64,000 bases of DNA from an uncultured Candidatus Saccharibacteria bacterium (GCA_964446735.1 CAYUQB010000001.1:263826-327825); one strand, 5' to 3'; positions 47,748 to 57,642 are shown, counted from the first letter of the stretch. Made by a program: numbers and translations. Notes: generated by a model from the letters alone, not told the origin.

Positions 47748-49402
47748 TATCCTTCCTTCTGTAGCGACCGGTCCTGCACCGCTTGGAGAAAACGCGTAAA
47801 CAGCGGATGAGGAGTGAGGGGACGTGCCTGTAGTTCGGGATGGAATTGGCAACCTAGATAAAACGGATGGGCCTTCTGGGGAAGTTCCGCTATTTCCATA
47901 AGCACTCCGTCAGGACTTGTGCCGGAGAAAATCAGACCTTCGTCCGTGAGTCGGTCAATGTATTCAGGATTCACCTCATAGCGGTGACGGTGGCGTTCTT
48001 CAACAATCTCCGTACCGTATGCCTCTTTGGCAATCGTTCCGTCTTTGAGCACGCAGGGGTACGATCCCAGACGCATCGTACCGCCGTACTTTCCTTCTTC
48101 TATGAGCTTCTTTTGATCGGGCATTACATCGATGACCGGATGAGGTGAAGAAGGATCGATTTCAACAGTATGGGCTCCAGAGAGACCGAGAATGGTGCGT
48201 GCGTATTCGATGACCAGCATATGCATGCCGTAGCAGAGGCCGAAATACGGCACTCCGCGCTCACGACAGAACTGGGCAGCGCGAATCTTTCCCTCAATGC
48301 CCGTCTCACCAAACCCACCTGGCACAATCACCCCGTCATACTTTTCAAGCGCATCAGTGCCTTCTTTCTCGATGGTCTTAGCATTCACCCATTCAATAAC
48401 AGCGCGCACTCCTACGGCGGCAGCAGAAAACTTAATTGCTTCAATCACTGAAAGATAGGCATCGGAGAGGACGAAATCTCCAGTATCGAAATACTTACCG
48501 ACGATACCGATTGAAACGGTGGGCTTACCCTCTGCCCGAGCTCGCTCGACAAACGCACGCCACTCATCAAGATCTGCTTCGACATTGGTTTCGAGCCTGA
48601 GTGCCGTAAGCATGAGATCTCCGATATGGTCTTGTTCAAGATTGAGTGGAACATCATAGATACTTTTCACATCTGGTGCAGAAATGATGTGCTCGGGACG
48701 TACGTTGCAGGAAATGGCGAGCTTTTCCTTTCGACGTGCATCCATCGGATCATTGCTTCTCGCAACAATGAAATCAGGCTGGACACCGTAGGAGTTAAGC
48801 TCCCGCACCGCCGACTGAGTGGGTTTCGTCTTCATTTCACCAAGCGTGTTGGGGACTGGCAGATACGACACCATGACGAAAATCACATCGTCTGGATACT
48901 TGAGCTTCAAGACACGTGCCGCGTCAATGAAAAGCGCGTTCTGAAAATCTCCAACCGTACCACCAATCTCAATAACCGATACGCGACTTCCATTATTGGA
49001 TGCCGCCTTTTCGATGCGTCGCAAGATCTCATCGCGTACATGAGGCACTGCTTCGACACACTTACCCCCGTATTCAAGTGCGCGCTCGCGCTCAATGACC
49101 GTCTGATACACCATGCCGCTGGTCATGTAGTCCTCGGGACCTAAATCCCGTCCGAGGAATCGTTCATAGTTACCCATGTCCTGATCCGTTTCGAGTCCTG
49201 AGCGAAGGACGAAGACTTCACCATGCTCCGTCGGATTCATCGTTCCCGCATCGACATTCAGGTACGGATCAATCTTCACGAGATTCGCTTTGTAGCCACG
49301 CTGATTGAGAATGAGTCCCAAGGATGAGGTAACCACACCCTTTCCGACGCCGCTCATCACACCGCCCAAGACGAAAATGTATTTGTGTCCTTCGGTAGCC
49401 AT
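47747..49402 (-). CDS. pyrG: CTP synthase
   Basis: GGVMSGVGKG, KIDPYLNVDAGTM.P.EHGE, PGGFG, GLCYGM, ERHRHRYE, QFHPE. Confidence 0.97.
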   Translation of the reverse strand: MATEGHKYIFVLGGVMSGVGKGVVTSSLGLILNQRGYKANLVKIDPYLNVDAGTMNPTEHGEVFVLRSGLETDQDMGNYERFLGRDLGPEDYMTSGMVYQTVIERERALEYGGKCVEAVPHVRDEILRRIEKAASNNGSRVSVIEIGGTVGDFQNALFIDAARVLKLKYPDDVIFVMVSYLPVPNTLGEMKTKPTQSAVRELNSYGVQPDFIVARSNDPMDARRKEKLAISCNVRPEHIISAPDVKSIYDVPLNLEQDHIGDLMLTALRLETNVEADLDEWRAFVERARAEGKPTVSIGIVGKYFDTGDFVLSDAYLSVIEAIKFSAAAVGVRAVIEWVNAKTIEKEGTDALEKYDGVIVPGGFGETGIEGKIRAAQFCRERGVPYFGLCYGMHMLVIEYARTILGLSGAHTVEIDPSSPHPVIDVMPDQKKLIEEGKYGGTMRLGSYPCVLKDGTIAKEAYGTEIVEERHRHRYEVNPEYIDRLTDEGLIFSGTSPDGVLMEIAELPQKAHPFYLGCQFHPELQARPLTPHPLFTRFLQAVQDRSLQKEG

Positions 49403-49403
49403 A

Positions 49404-50321
49404 CTAGATCTTCAAGTAGCGACGAACGCCAATCCACGAGGCAAGCGCCCCAAGGAAGACACCCGAACCTACGAGCGTGAAGAACACGAGTGCGAAGTTG
49501 CTCATGTAGTACTGGAACAGGTTGAATCCGCCTAGCCACGACGCAAGAGCATTCCCTGCATACCAAGTCGCTGGGTAGAAGAGGACAAGTGCGATAAGGG
49601 CTGCCAGTACACCCGAGATGATGCCTGCCACTATGAACGGCCCCCGAATATACATATTGGATGCGCCCACCAGCCGCATGACGGCAATTTCATCACGAGC
49701 GGTGTAGACCGCAAGGCGTATGGTCGCAAGTGCGATAACCGTAGAGGCGAGCGAGAAGAGAATGATGATGGCAAGTCCAACCTGTTGCGTGGTCCGAATG
49801 GCAGCAGTGAGGCGATCAATAACATTCTTATTCTGGAAATAGTTCACCCGATCAACGAGTGTACTTCCGGGGCCAAGATCCTGATCCGAAAGCCACTCCA
49901 CGATAGTGGCGTAGAGGGCGGGATTGGTGGCCTTAATGGCAAGCGAGGCCTCAAGTGGATTCTCACCAAGTTCGGCAAGTGCCTGGAGTGTGAGCGGGTC
50001 ATTTGCATGGCGTTCGCGGAACTCGGTGAGCGCCTCCTCACGCGAGGTGTAGGTGACCGTCGCCACCTGCGGAAGCTCTTCAAGTCGTGCTTTCACTCCG
50101 AGTACTTCCGTCTCGGTTGCAGTAGTGGCGAAATACACATTGACATCCACTTTGTCCTCGATCGCGGTCAGCGTATTGGTGAGGATGGCCGAAAGGAATA
50201 TCAAGGAGCCGATGATGGCGAGTGTTACCGTCATGATAAGTACGGTGGCAAATGAGACCGAACCGCTTCTCGCAAAGCTTGTTGCTCCTGCACCGACGAC
50301 TCGTTTAAGAAAGATCCACAT
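49404..50321 (-). CDS. ftsX: Cell division permease FtsX
   Basis: ENPL, TIRLAVY..RDEI.VMRLVGAS..YIRGPF; follows ftsE. Confidence 0.92.
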   Translation of the reverse strand: MWIFLKRVVGAGATSFARSGSVSFATVLIMTVTLAIIGSLIFLSAILTNTLTAIEDKVDVNVYFATTATETEVLGVKARLEELPQVATVTYTSREEALTEFRERHANDPLTLQALAELGENPLEASLAIKATNPALYATIVEWLSDQDLGPGSTLVDRVNYFQNKNVIDRLTAAIRTTQQVGLAIIILFSLASTVIALATIRLAVYTARDEIAVMRLVGASNMYIRGPFIVAGIISGVLAALIALVLFYPATWYAGNALASWLGGFNLFQYYMSNFALVFFTLVGSGVFLGALASWIGVRRYLKI

Positions 50322-50323
50322 AG

Positions 50324-51004
50324 CTATAGGACGTATTGGCCACGGACATCATCACGGACGACACGACCGCGATCCATCGTGACGACGCGTTTACCGAGTG
50401 CGTCAACCACTCCCTTGTTGTGCGTCGTGATAAGCACGGTGGTGCCAAGCTCATTAATCTTCTTCAAGATTTCAATAATCTCATACGTATTAATTGGATC
50501 GAGATTGCCGGTGGGTTCATCAGCAACGATGACATCCGGTTGATTGATGATGGCGCGTCCAATAGCAACGCGTTGCTGTTCGCCGCCCGAAAGCTGACTT
50601 GGGAAATGGTGTGCCTTACTGCTGAGGTCAACGAGATCGAGAATGTGCGGTACGTCGGTAGCAATCTCATCGTCTGGGCGGCCCGCTGCCTCCATTGCGA
50701 ATGCAATATTCTCGTATGCGGTCTTATTCGGAATAAGGCGGAAGTCCTGAAACACCATACCGATCTTGCGGCGATAGTGGTGGAGCGAAGAAGTCGGGAG
50801 TGCATGCACATCGACCGACTCAAAGAAGACCGACCCAGTGGTGGGTCGTTCCTCTGCCAGAAGCATTTTGAGGAGAGTGGTCTTTCCGGCACCCGAGTGG
50901 CCGACGATGGAGACGAATTCCTTGGGGGCGATGTTGATGGTGACGTCCTCCAGTGCTGGCGTACCGTCTCGGTACATCTTCGTGACCTTGTCGAAATAGA
51001 TCAT
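50324..51004 (-). CDS. ftsE: Cell division ATP-binding protein FtsE
   Basis: GHSGAGKTT, VFQDFRL, LSGGEQQRV, ADEPTGNLD. Confidence 0.93.
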   Translation of the reverse strand: MIYFDKVTKMYRDGTPALEDVTINIAPKEFVSIVGHSGAGKTTLLKMLLAEERPTTGSVFFESVDVHALPTSSLHHYRRKIGMVFQDFRLIPNKTAYENIAFAMEAAGRPDDEIATDVPHILDLVDLSSKAHHFPSQLSGGEQQRVAIGRAIINQPDVIVADEPTGNLDPINTYEIIEILKKINELGTTVLITTHNKGVVDALGKRVVTMDRGRVVRDDVRGQYVL

Positions 51005-51095
51005 GTACGAGGGGTATTGTACCTCACTCAGGAGGGACGGCAAAGAATATGAGCTCCTCATTTACTCACTTATACGGTGAGTGGTGTGGATAAGC

Positions 51096-51971
51096 TTAGG
51101 ACTGAGCAGAATCTGCTATCGCCGCATCGATAAACCCATCAAGTGCACCGGACAGTACCGCCTCCGGATCATGCGATTCATGCCCAGTTTCGTGGTCTTT
51201 CACCATTTTGTAAGGGTGGAGGACGTAGGAACGCATCTGACTACCCCACTCGTTGGCTGTAGTTGCAGCAATACTGCGTCCTTTGGCTTCCGCCTCCTCC
51301 CGTTCCTTCTGTTTGGCGTACAGTTTTGCTTTCAAAAGCGCGAGTGCTTTCTCACGGTTGGCCTGTTGACTCCGTTCGGAAGAAACATGCACAGAAATAC
51401 CCGTTGGAATATGCACAATGCGCACCGCCGTCTCTCGTTTATTCACGTTTTGTCCTCCTGCACCGCCTGAACGCGCAAACTGCAGATCAAGTTCATCCTC
51501 CTTGAGGGTAATGTCGTCACTGGCAGCAAGTACGGGAAGCACTTCCACGAGTGCAAAGGACGTCTGACGCTTCGCGTTCGCGTTAAAAGGTGAAATGCGA
51601 ACGAGACGATGCACGCCATTCTCGTGTTTCAGGCGTCCATAGGCTCCCTTCCCGGTTATTTCAAGTAGCACATTCCGGTATCCCCCATGATCATTCTCGT
51701 TCTCGTGAAGTTCTCGTACACTCCATCCTCTACTCTCTGCATATCCTTCGTACATGCGACGCAGCATGGCAGCGAAATCTTCTGCGTCATCTCCGCCTGC
51801 ACCAGCAAGAATGGCAAGCGTAGCGCTTCCGGCATCATGACCGTCGCCACTACCACCTTCTTTGAGTGACTGGTATTCACGCACGACTCGCTGGGCTTCA
51901 TCCTTGTCCACCCAGAAATCAGGTGACGTCATGAGCGCTTCGATTTCTTTGAGTCGTTCTTCTGGATTCAT
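51096..51971 (-). CDS. prfB: Peptide chain release factor 2, N-terminally reduced
   Basis: [17 protein letters not shown] (SPF), [29 protein letters not shown]; prfB-ftsE-ftsX synteny. Confidence 0.9.
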   Translation of the reverse strand: MNPEERLKEIEALMTSPDFWVDKDEAQRVVREYQSLKEGGSGDGHDAGSATLAILAGAGGDDAEDFAAMLRRMYEGYAESRGWSVRELHENENDHGGYRNVLLEITGKGAYGRLKHENGVHRLVRISPFNANAKRQTSFALVEVLPVLAASDDITLKEDELDLQFARSGGAGGQNVNKRETAVRIVHIPTGISVHVSSERSQQANREKALALLKAKLYAKQKEREEAEAKGRSIAATTANEWGSQMRSYVLHPYKMVKDHETGHESHDPEAVLSGALDGFIDAAIADSAQS

Positions 51972-52012
51972 GCGGCGAGTATAGCAGAGGGGTGTATACC
52001 ACCGAGATTTTC

Positions 52013-52088
52013 TGGAGCCGCCGCCCGGGCTTGAACCGGGGACCTAAGGTTTACGATACCTTCGCTCTACCAACTGAGCTACGGCGGC
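52013..52088 (-). tRNA. tRNA-Thr(CGT), CCA encoded
   Basis: GCCGCCG acceptor, AAGGT-ATCGTAA-ACCTT anticodon arm, GGTTCAAGCCC. Confidence 0.95.
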
Positions 52089-52183
52089 AAAGTCGAAAGA
52101 CTATATCATGCCGGACGTTTCAGGCGAACATACGTACCACCTACAATGCCTGCTTCTTTTAGTCCTTTACGGGTTTGTTTTTG

Positions 52184-52256
52184 AGCCGATGTCCGGGATT
52201 GAACCGGAGACCTCATCCTTACCATGGATGCGCTCTACCAACTGAGCTACATCGGC
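52184..52256 (-). tRNA. tRNA-Thr(GGT)
   Basis: GCCGATG acceptor, CATCC-ATGGTAA-GGATG anticodon arm, GGTTCAATCCC. Confidence 0.95.
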
Positions 52257-52384
52257 ATACGGCCCCGAAAGGGACCGTATGCCGATAGTACGGTATTCCG
52301 GTAGGCTTTTCAAACTATCCACTCAACCAATATTCCACCGCATCCTCGCTGCTATCCTTAGGAGGTACCAATATCTCGCTCGAT

Positions 52385-52594
52385 ATGAACCACATGAACA
52401 ATACGGAACACTGCACGTGTTCCCATCACAAAGTCGGAGCACTTCTCATCATAGTGCTCGGCGTTGTATTTCTTCTGGGTGCCATGGGTGTACTTTCGGT
52501 TATGACCGTCGCCTACGCGTGGCCCATCGTCGTGATCGTCTTCGGGATTACCCGTTTGCTCAGCGGGAGCTGTAAGTGCTACACCAGGTCCTAG
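52385..52594 (+). CDS. Small 2-TM protein with Cys/His termini
   Basis: HCTCSHH, hydrophobic core with WP, CKC. Confidence 0.65.
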   Translation: MNHMNNTEHCTCSHHKVGALLIIVLGVVFLLGAMGVLSVMTVAYAWPIVVIVFGITRLLSGSCKCYTRS

Positions 52595-53376
52595 TTCGCT
52601 AGCGCCATCGCTCCATAGAGGCCGGACGCACTCCCCAGTGCTGCTTTATGTATCCGTCTTTCTTCGGTAGCTCCCATAGCTGAGAGCGTTTCCTGCACTT
52701 CAGAAAGCTTGAAGCCATTCTCCTCGTTCATGAGCGACCCACCGAGCACGAGCATATCCGGCGACCATACAAAAAGTGCGTTTGCAATTCCCTCGGCTAA
52801 GTGAGGAGTGAGCTCACGCCATACGACCGCAGGAAGTGCTTCCGGTGGAACTCCGTGACGTTCGGAAAGAGCGCGACCACCAATCAAGTCTTCAAGCCAT
52901 GCTCCGTTTTTCAAAGTCAGTACGGCACTACGCCCTGATCCATTGCTGGTGTGCGGAACGATCTTTCTTTCAATAACGCATGCAGTACCAATACCGGTTC
53001 CCAGCCCCAGGTATCCGACCGTGCGCATACCTTGCCCTACTCCGTATGTTGCTTCACCGAGTGCTGCTAATTCTGCATCGTTTCGTAGATGTACTGTTGC
53101 CCCAAGTCGTTCTCCCAATTCGCGCGCAAATGCATATCCTTCCCAGCGAGGAAGGTTCGTCGCCGAGAGCATAACTCCATCCTCGACGATACTCGGCACG
53201 CCCCCAACAAGAGTACCTATATGAGGAGTGAGCGTACGAGCGGTTTCAGTCAGAAGCTCGATAGCCTGCAGCGGATCTGTAGGTGTTGGCATATCAACCG
53301 CACGTCCGATACTACTGCCCTCAACCAATGCCATGCGCATGTGGGTACCCCCGATATCAAATACAATGGTGTTCAT
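52591..53376 (-). CDS. ROK family sugar kinase
   Basis: FDIGGT, NLP.W, NDAELAALGE, GLGTGIG, VLGGS. Confidence 0.9.
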   Translation of the reverse strand: MNTIVFDIGGTHMRMALVEGSSIGRAVDMPTPTDPLQAIELLTETARTLTPHIGTLVGGVPSIVEDGVMLSATNLPRWEGYAFARELGERLGATVHLRNDAELAALGEATYGVGQGMRTVGYLGLGTGIGTACVIERKIVPHTSNGSGRSAVLTLKNGAWLEDLIGGRALSERHGVPPEALPAVVWRELTPHLAEGIANALFVWSPDMLVLGGSLMNEENGFKLSEVQETLSAMGATEERRIHKAALGSASGLYGAMALAN

Positions 53377-54302
53377 AGCTGTTTCTTGAAGGCATCGACT
53401 AGTGGTTGTGTGTCCGGATCAATACCTCGCGTCGCGGCGAGGTGCCGACCGACGAGAATGAACCGAAGCCAGAGTGTTGCAAGAGCGTCCGCACGGGATA
53501 GATCGGATATATCCAGAACCCGCACCAAACGTCCTCGCTCCTCCATGAGCCCCTGAAATGCATCCATCCGACGTAGGACGCGGTCGTGATCGCTCGTATC
53601 ACGTACCAGTACGAATCGAAAGAGGTGCGCAAGGCCTTCGGGCATATCAGTATCAAAGGACTGCATTTCATTATGGTTCAATTCCGGGAATACGTTTGTG
53701 AACGCGGGTGTTCGCGACGATTCATTTACAACGAGTTTGGCCAGGTGCCCTACTAACCTATTGCGATCAGAAGTATAGAAAAGCGGCACGCTTTGGAGGA
53801 GGAAATGAGCGTCTTCGTCCGCGTCTTCTCGAAGCACTTCTTCGGTAATGGAGACGTTGGCGAGCGCGGTGAGTCCTTCCTCATTTCCGCACACGGCAAG
53901 CGCTGCACGCACCAAATACATAAACGCATTACGCGGCACGAGACCTGCAGGGACGAGTGCAAGCGGCAACTGTTCGCGCTCCGCAAACTCCGCAAGTTTT
54001 CCGCCCGACGTAACGATTGCAAGCTTCCTTCCCTCCCGCTTGGCAGCGGCAGCAAATGAGAGCGTTTCTTCAGTATTTCCGGAATACGAAATTGCTAGAT
54101 GCAGTGCTTCTGGCGGAGCCTCCCAGGGAAGATCGTAGTCATGATGGACGAGGAACTTCCGTTCTGGATTGAGGAACCGCAATGCCTCTCCAGCAAGAGC
54201 GGACCCGCCCATACCACCTGTGACAATGATAGCTGGCGCCTCATTTCGTGGACGGCGTATGTCTGGCTCAAACGAGAGCTGAGAAAGAAAGTCCTGCATC
54301 AT
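53373..54302 (-). CDS. Bifunctional phosphoglucose/phosphomannose isomerase (SIS)
   Basis: GMGGSA, SYSGNTEET, TSGGKL, PR, NESS, FPELNHNEM. Confidence 0.88.
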   Translation of the reverse strand: MMQDFLSQLSFEPDIRRPRNEAPAIIVTGGMGGSALAGEALRFLNPERKFLVHHDYDLPWEAPPEALHLAISYSGNTEETLSFAAAAKREGRKLAIVTSGGKLAEFAEREQLPLALVPAGLVPRNAFMYLVRAALAVCGNEEGLTALANVSITEEVLREDADEDAHFLLQSVPLFYTSDRNRLVGHLAKLVVNESSRTPAFTNVFPELNHNEMQSFDTDMPEGLAHLFRFVLVRDTSDHDRVLRRMDAFQGLMEERGRLVRVLDISDLSRADALATLWLRFILVGRHLAATRGIDPDTQPLVDAFKKQL

Positions 54303-55492
54303 GTCTCGATCATATCAACGAGTAGGGTGCCCCAGGTGAAGTTGTGCGCACCGTATGCCTTACCTGTTTCAGGATTGAAATATTCTCTAAACCCATTGCG
54401 CTCCACGAGTCGCTCGGTCGCGGTTCGCAGCCATATTGCTTCGTCATCGAACCCATACTGGCGGAGGCCGTGATAGATGAACCAATGCGGTGCAAACCAA
54501 ATGGGGCCGCGCCAGAATCCCGCCGCTCGATAGGAAGGCTCTTGCTGCGACACCGTCCGAATACCGTGTGAGGATCGGAATGAATTGTGATCGTGAAAAT
54601 GAGTTTCAATGAGATGCTTCGCCTCTTCTTTGGTATAGAGCCCGGCAAAGAGCGGAATGAAGTGAGCCCACGTAGCGACCTTGAGCCGTTGCTGACTCTG
54701 GCCTTCAACCGACCAGAACACGCCATCCTCAAACATGTACTCACGCATCGCTTCTCGGATAAGTCGGGCATGCCAGGTCGCGTACGTTGCTGCCTTCGTG
54801 TCACCGATATGTGTGGCCAGTTCGGAGAGAATTTCGAGATTCTTAACCATGACCGTGTTGAATGGTACGTCCTTCACCCAGAAGTTCTTACGCATGCATT
54901 CCTCCTCGTCAAAGTTGCAGACTGCGTTCGCTCGTACCAGCTTATGCCGCTCGTACATATGGCCGAAAAATGAAATGTCGGTCCCAACATGCATCGGCCC
55001 ATCAAAACGCGGTGAGTTATCCTCCCCCGACTCGTCTGGATTAATGATGCTTATGAGATGGTGATCATTCGGATCGCGTCGTTCAATGAGGTAGCGGTAG
55101 AAGGCATAGATCGGTGGAAAGATCTCCCGAAGAAACGCGGTGTCTCGGGTGTGCTGATAGATCGCACGAGCCGCATACGCGAGCATAGGCGGCTGAGTGA
55201 TACTGGTCACCCCGCTCTTTCCCCACCCCCAGTTGTACGGACGCGTGAGTTTCGCGTTCCAGAAAATGATGTGAGGCACCATGCCGTCAGGAAGCTGGCG
55301 AGAAAGGAGGGCACGCAGCTCAGATATCGCTGCATCGGGATCGAACCGCGCAAGCACAATGGCATGGAAACATGAATCCCACAGCCATTGATACGGGTAT
55401 GTTTCTGGCGATGGAACGGTGTAGGTATGACCCGTTCCGGTCTGCCGGCGATTAGCGAGAAGAAGGCGGTACGCCGTATCGCGCAGCATCAT
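54299..55492 (-). CDS. GH63/MGH1-like glycoside hydrolase
   Basis: YPYQWLWDSCFHA, GMVPH, TSITQPP, ESGEDNSPRFD, FWRGPIW, GFREYFNP..G...GA..FTW. Confidence 0.88.
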   Translation of the reverse strand: MMLRDTAYRLLLANRRQTGTGHTYTVPSPETYPYQWLWDSCFHAIVLARFDPDAAISELRALLSRQLPDGMVPHIIFWNAKLTRPYNWGWGKSGVTSITQPPMLAYAARAIYQHTRDTAFLREIFPPIYAFYRYLIERRDPNDHHLISIINPDESGEDNSPRFDGPMHVGTDISFFGHMYERHKLVRANAVCNFDEEECMRKNFWVKDVPFNTVMVKNLEILSELATHIGDTKAATYATWHARLIREAMREYMFEDGVFWSVEGQSQQRLKVATWAHFIPLFAGLYTKEEAKHLIETHFHDHNSFRSSHGIRTVSQQEPSYRAAGFWRGPIWFAPHWFIYHGLRQYGFDDEAIWLRTATERLVERNGFREYFNPETGKAYGAHNFTWGTLLVDMIET

Positions 55493-55498
55493 TAGGCG

Positions 55499-55960
55499 TT
55501 AGGAGGCCTGGACAGTGAGTGTGCCGGTAATGATTTCATCGACACCCCCAACCTGAACCGTGTAGGAACCAGGCACGAGCGCTTTTGAGGTAGTGAACGA
55601 CCACTTCCCATTAACCACCGGGACTGCCATACCACCCACGATACCGACTCCAGCACTATTGACGATAATTACTTGTACGCTGCTCACGTTCTTGGCTGTA
55701 CCCGTGATCTTCGGGTTTCGCGAGGAAGTGACCATGGCAGGAGTATCAAGAGCGGCCGTGTGCGGGACAGCAGCTGGCGCAGACACTTCCCCAGCCGTCG
55801 GCTGCACCGGTGTAACCGTTGGAGTACTAGTCGGGGTTGTTGAGGTAGCTGCAGGTGCAAGTGCTTCAGGCACCGGCGCTGCTGCCTTTTGGGTAAAGAG
55901 GAATGCACCTCCGAGGATAACGATAGCGGCAACGAGGCCGATGATGGCTTTCTTGTTCAT
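55499..55960 (-). CDS. Membrane-anchored protein with Thr/Pro linker and Ig-like domain
   Basis: TM helix, P.ITGTA, V.NGKWSF, L.PGSYTV. Confidence 0.75.
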   Translation of the reverse strand: MNKKAIIGLVAAIVILGGAFLFTQKAAAPVPEALAPAATSTTPTSTPTVTPVQPTAGEVSAPAAVPHTAALDTPAMVTSSRNPKITGTAKNVSSVQVIIVNSAGVGIVGGMAVPVVNGKWSFTTSKALVPGSYTVQVGGVDEIITGTLTVQAS

Positions 55961-55993
55961 GAGGCCAGTATACCAGCTGAATAATATGGGTTC

Positions 55994-56593
55994 CTAGTCG
56001 AGACGCACGCCGTCCTCTATCAACGCTACAGCCTCATCGATCTGGGCTGGAAGATCGCTGCGCGAGGTATCGAATGTGTAGAGAAATGGAATCCCTTCTA
56101 GGTGCTCGTGGAGCGGCTTCCGTCTCATATAGTTAGCGATTGCATCATCCGCGTCTTTGAATAGCCAGGTATGCTTATAGCTACGAAGTTTATTCAAAAT
56201 AAATTCCTCGGGTGGATTGATATGTATCCAAATAGGAACGGCACCATATGTATTTTGTGCCATCTCTATGATTGTTCTGCTCCGAGGACTCATCGCATCA
56301 CTATCTAGTGCAATGCTATATCCCTGAGCAAGATGTTTCTCCGAGAGTTCCCTCCCGACCCGCACCAATCCTTCGTACGTTAATCCGTGTTCTTTGAATA
56401 CCTTTCGAAGCTCGTCTCCTGAAATACGAACGAGTGATAACCGTTCTGCCAAAGGACGTACGACCGTCGTCTTGCCTGCTCCGACTAACCCAACCGGACA
56501 GAGTACGAATTGCTTTCTGTGAGGCTGGGTTGGAATAACGAGCGAAGCATCGTACTCACGCATGACCGCATCCTGCATCTCCTGAGTTTCCAT
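55994..56593 (-). CDS. P-loop kinase/AAA family protein
   Basis: GLVGAGKTT, ISGDELRK; TATACT 6 nt before ATG. Confidence 0.8.
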   Translation of the reverse strand: METQEMQDAVMREYDASLVIPTQPHRKQFVLCPVGLVGAGKTTVVRPLAERLSLVRISGDELRKVFKEHGLTYEGLVRVGRELSEKHLAQGYSIALDSDAMSPRSRTIIEMAQNTYGAVPIWIHINPPEEFILNKLRSYKHTWLFKDADDAIANYMRRKPLHEHLEGIPFLYTFDTSRSDLPAQIDEAVALIEDGVRLD

Positions 56594-56615
56594 AGCCGTA
56601 GTATATCGGGGGATA

Positions 56616-56649
56616 AAGCACAAACCGCCCATGTGGGCGGTTTGTGCTT
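56616..56649 (-). terminator. Terminator after tRNA-Asp
   Basis: AAGCACAAACCGCCCA-tg-TGGGCGGTTTGTGCTT. Confidence 0.8.
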
Positions 56650-56652
56650 CTG

Positions 56653-56726
56653 CGCGGTCGACGAGACTTGAACTCGCAACCTCCCGCGTGACAGGCGGGT
56701 GCTCTAACCAGTTGAGCTACGACCGC
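56653..56726 (-). tRNA. tRNA-Asp(GTC)
   Basis: GCGGTCG acceptor, CCCGC-CTGTCAC-GCGGG anticodon arm, GAGTTCAAGTCTC. Confidence 0.95.
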
Positions 56727-56802
56727 AAACTCTAGTTTGCTCGACCTCACGATAAAGGTCGTCATCGGAATATACAATCTTTCCGGAGGAGATTCAACTT
56801 TG

Positions 56803-56876
56803 TGCTGGCGGGAGGACTTGCACCTCCGACCTTAGGTTTATGAGTCCTATGCTCTAACTACCTGAGCTACGCCAGC
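56803..56876 (-). tRNA. tRNA with CAT anticodon (probably elongator Met; Ile2 not excluded)
   Basis: GCTGGCG acceptor with G1-C72 pair, loop CTCATAA, T-loop TGCAAGT. Confidence 0.85.
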
Positions 56877-56892
56877 AATATGCAGCACCTTA

Positions 56893-57594
56893 CTACGCAA
56901 TGGCATTCTCTTCAACGAGGCCATCCGCCCGACGGAGATCCTCAGGAGCAGTGATCTGTATCCACTGTGTTGCGTATATAGCTTGTAGAGGAATTCCTGA
57001 GGCTTTCGATGCGGCCAGCACGGTTTGCGGCAGACCATACTCCGAACTCCCCACCGCTTTGGGGACCATGGGATACTCGAATACCCGTGCATCAAGTACA
57101 AACATATTCGTATTCATGAGACCAGGTTTTCCTGTGTGATCTCCCTCTTCAATCGCGGTTACTTCTCCAGTCTCATCAGTGACAATGCGTCCTCCAGCAG
57201 CCATGGACTCCGTTTTCTCCACCAGCATGGCCCAGCCGGGTACCTGTAGCATCTCGTCCACATCCCTCCGGCTATATATATCGTCTCCCATCATCACAAA
57301 AAACCGGTCCGTAAGGTGGGGTTGAGCGAGTGTGAGTGCCCCCATAGTTCCATTAAGTTCCTGCTGCTCCACGTACCGAATCGGTATGCCATGGTATTCA
57401 GCGCCATAGGCAGCACGAATGATTTCACCCTGATAGCCAATGATGAGAATGATTTCCGTTGTGTCCGCTGGAAGGATATCGAACTTATGCTCTAAGAGCG
57501 TCTTCCCTGCCACCATAAGCATGGGCTTGGGTACATTCTCAGTGAGCGAATTCATACGCGTCCCACGTCCGGCAGCGAGTATAACGACTTGCAT
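56893..57594 (-). CDS. Sugar-phosphate nucleotidyltransferase
   Basis: VILAAGRGTRM..LT..VPKPML, EQQ..GT, MGDD, EY.LP. Confidence 0.9.
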   Translation of the reverse strand: MQVVILAAGRGTRMNSLTENVPKPMLMVAGKTLLEHKFDILPADTTEIILIIGYQGEIIRAAYGAEYHGIPIRYVEQQELNGTMGALTLAQPHLTDRFFVMMGDDIYSRRDVDEMLQVPGWAMLVEKTESMAAGGRIVTDETGEVTAIEEGDHTGKPGLMNTNMFVLDARVFEYPMVPKAVGSSEYGLPQTVLAASKASGIPLQAIYATQWIQITAPEDLRRADGLVEENAIA

Positions 57595-57608
57595 CGGCAC
57601 ACTATAAA

Positions 57609-57642
57609 GAGAAAAGGCGGGTCCGTCGACCCACCTTTTCTC
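57609..57642 (-). terminator. Terminator after the KGG gene
   Basis: GAGAAAAGGCGGGTC-cgtc-GACCCACCTTTTCTC. Confidence 0.7.

Noticed and set aside
50336-51052. 238-aa ORF antisense to ftsE
   Set aside because: Typical antisense shadow of a conserved ABC ATPase.
52013-52256. A32 in both tRNA-Thr anticodon loops as an anomaly
   Set aside because: A32 occurs in Thr tRNAs of other bacteria; not distinctive.
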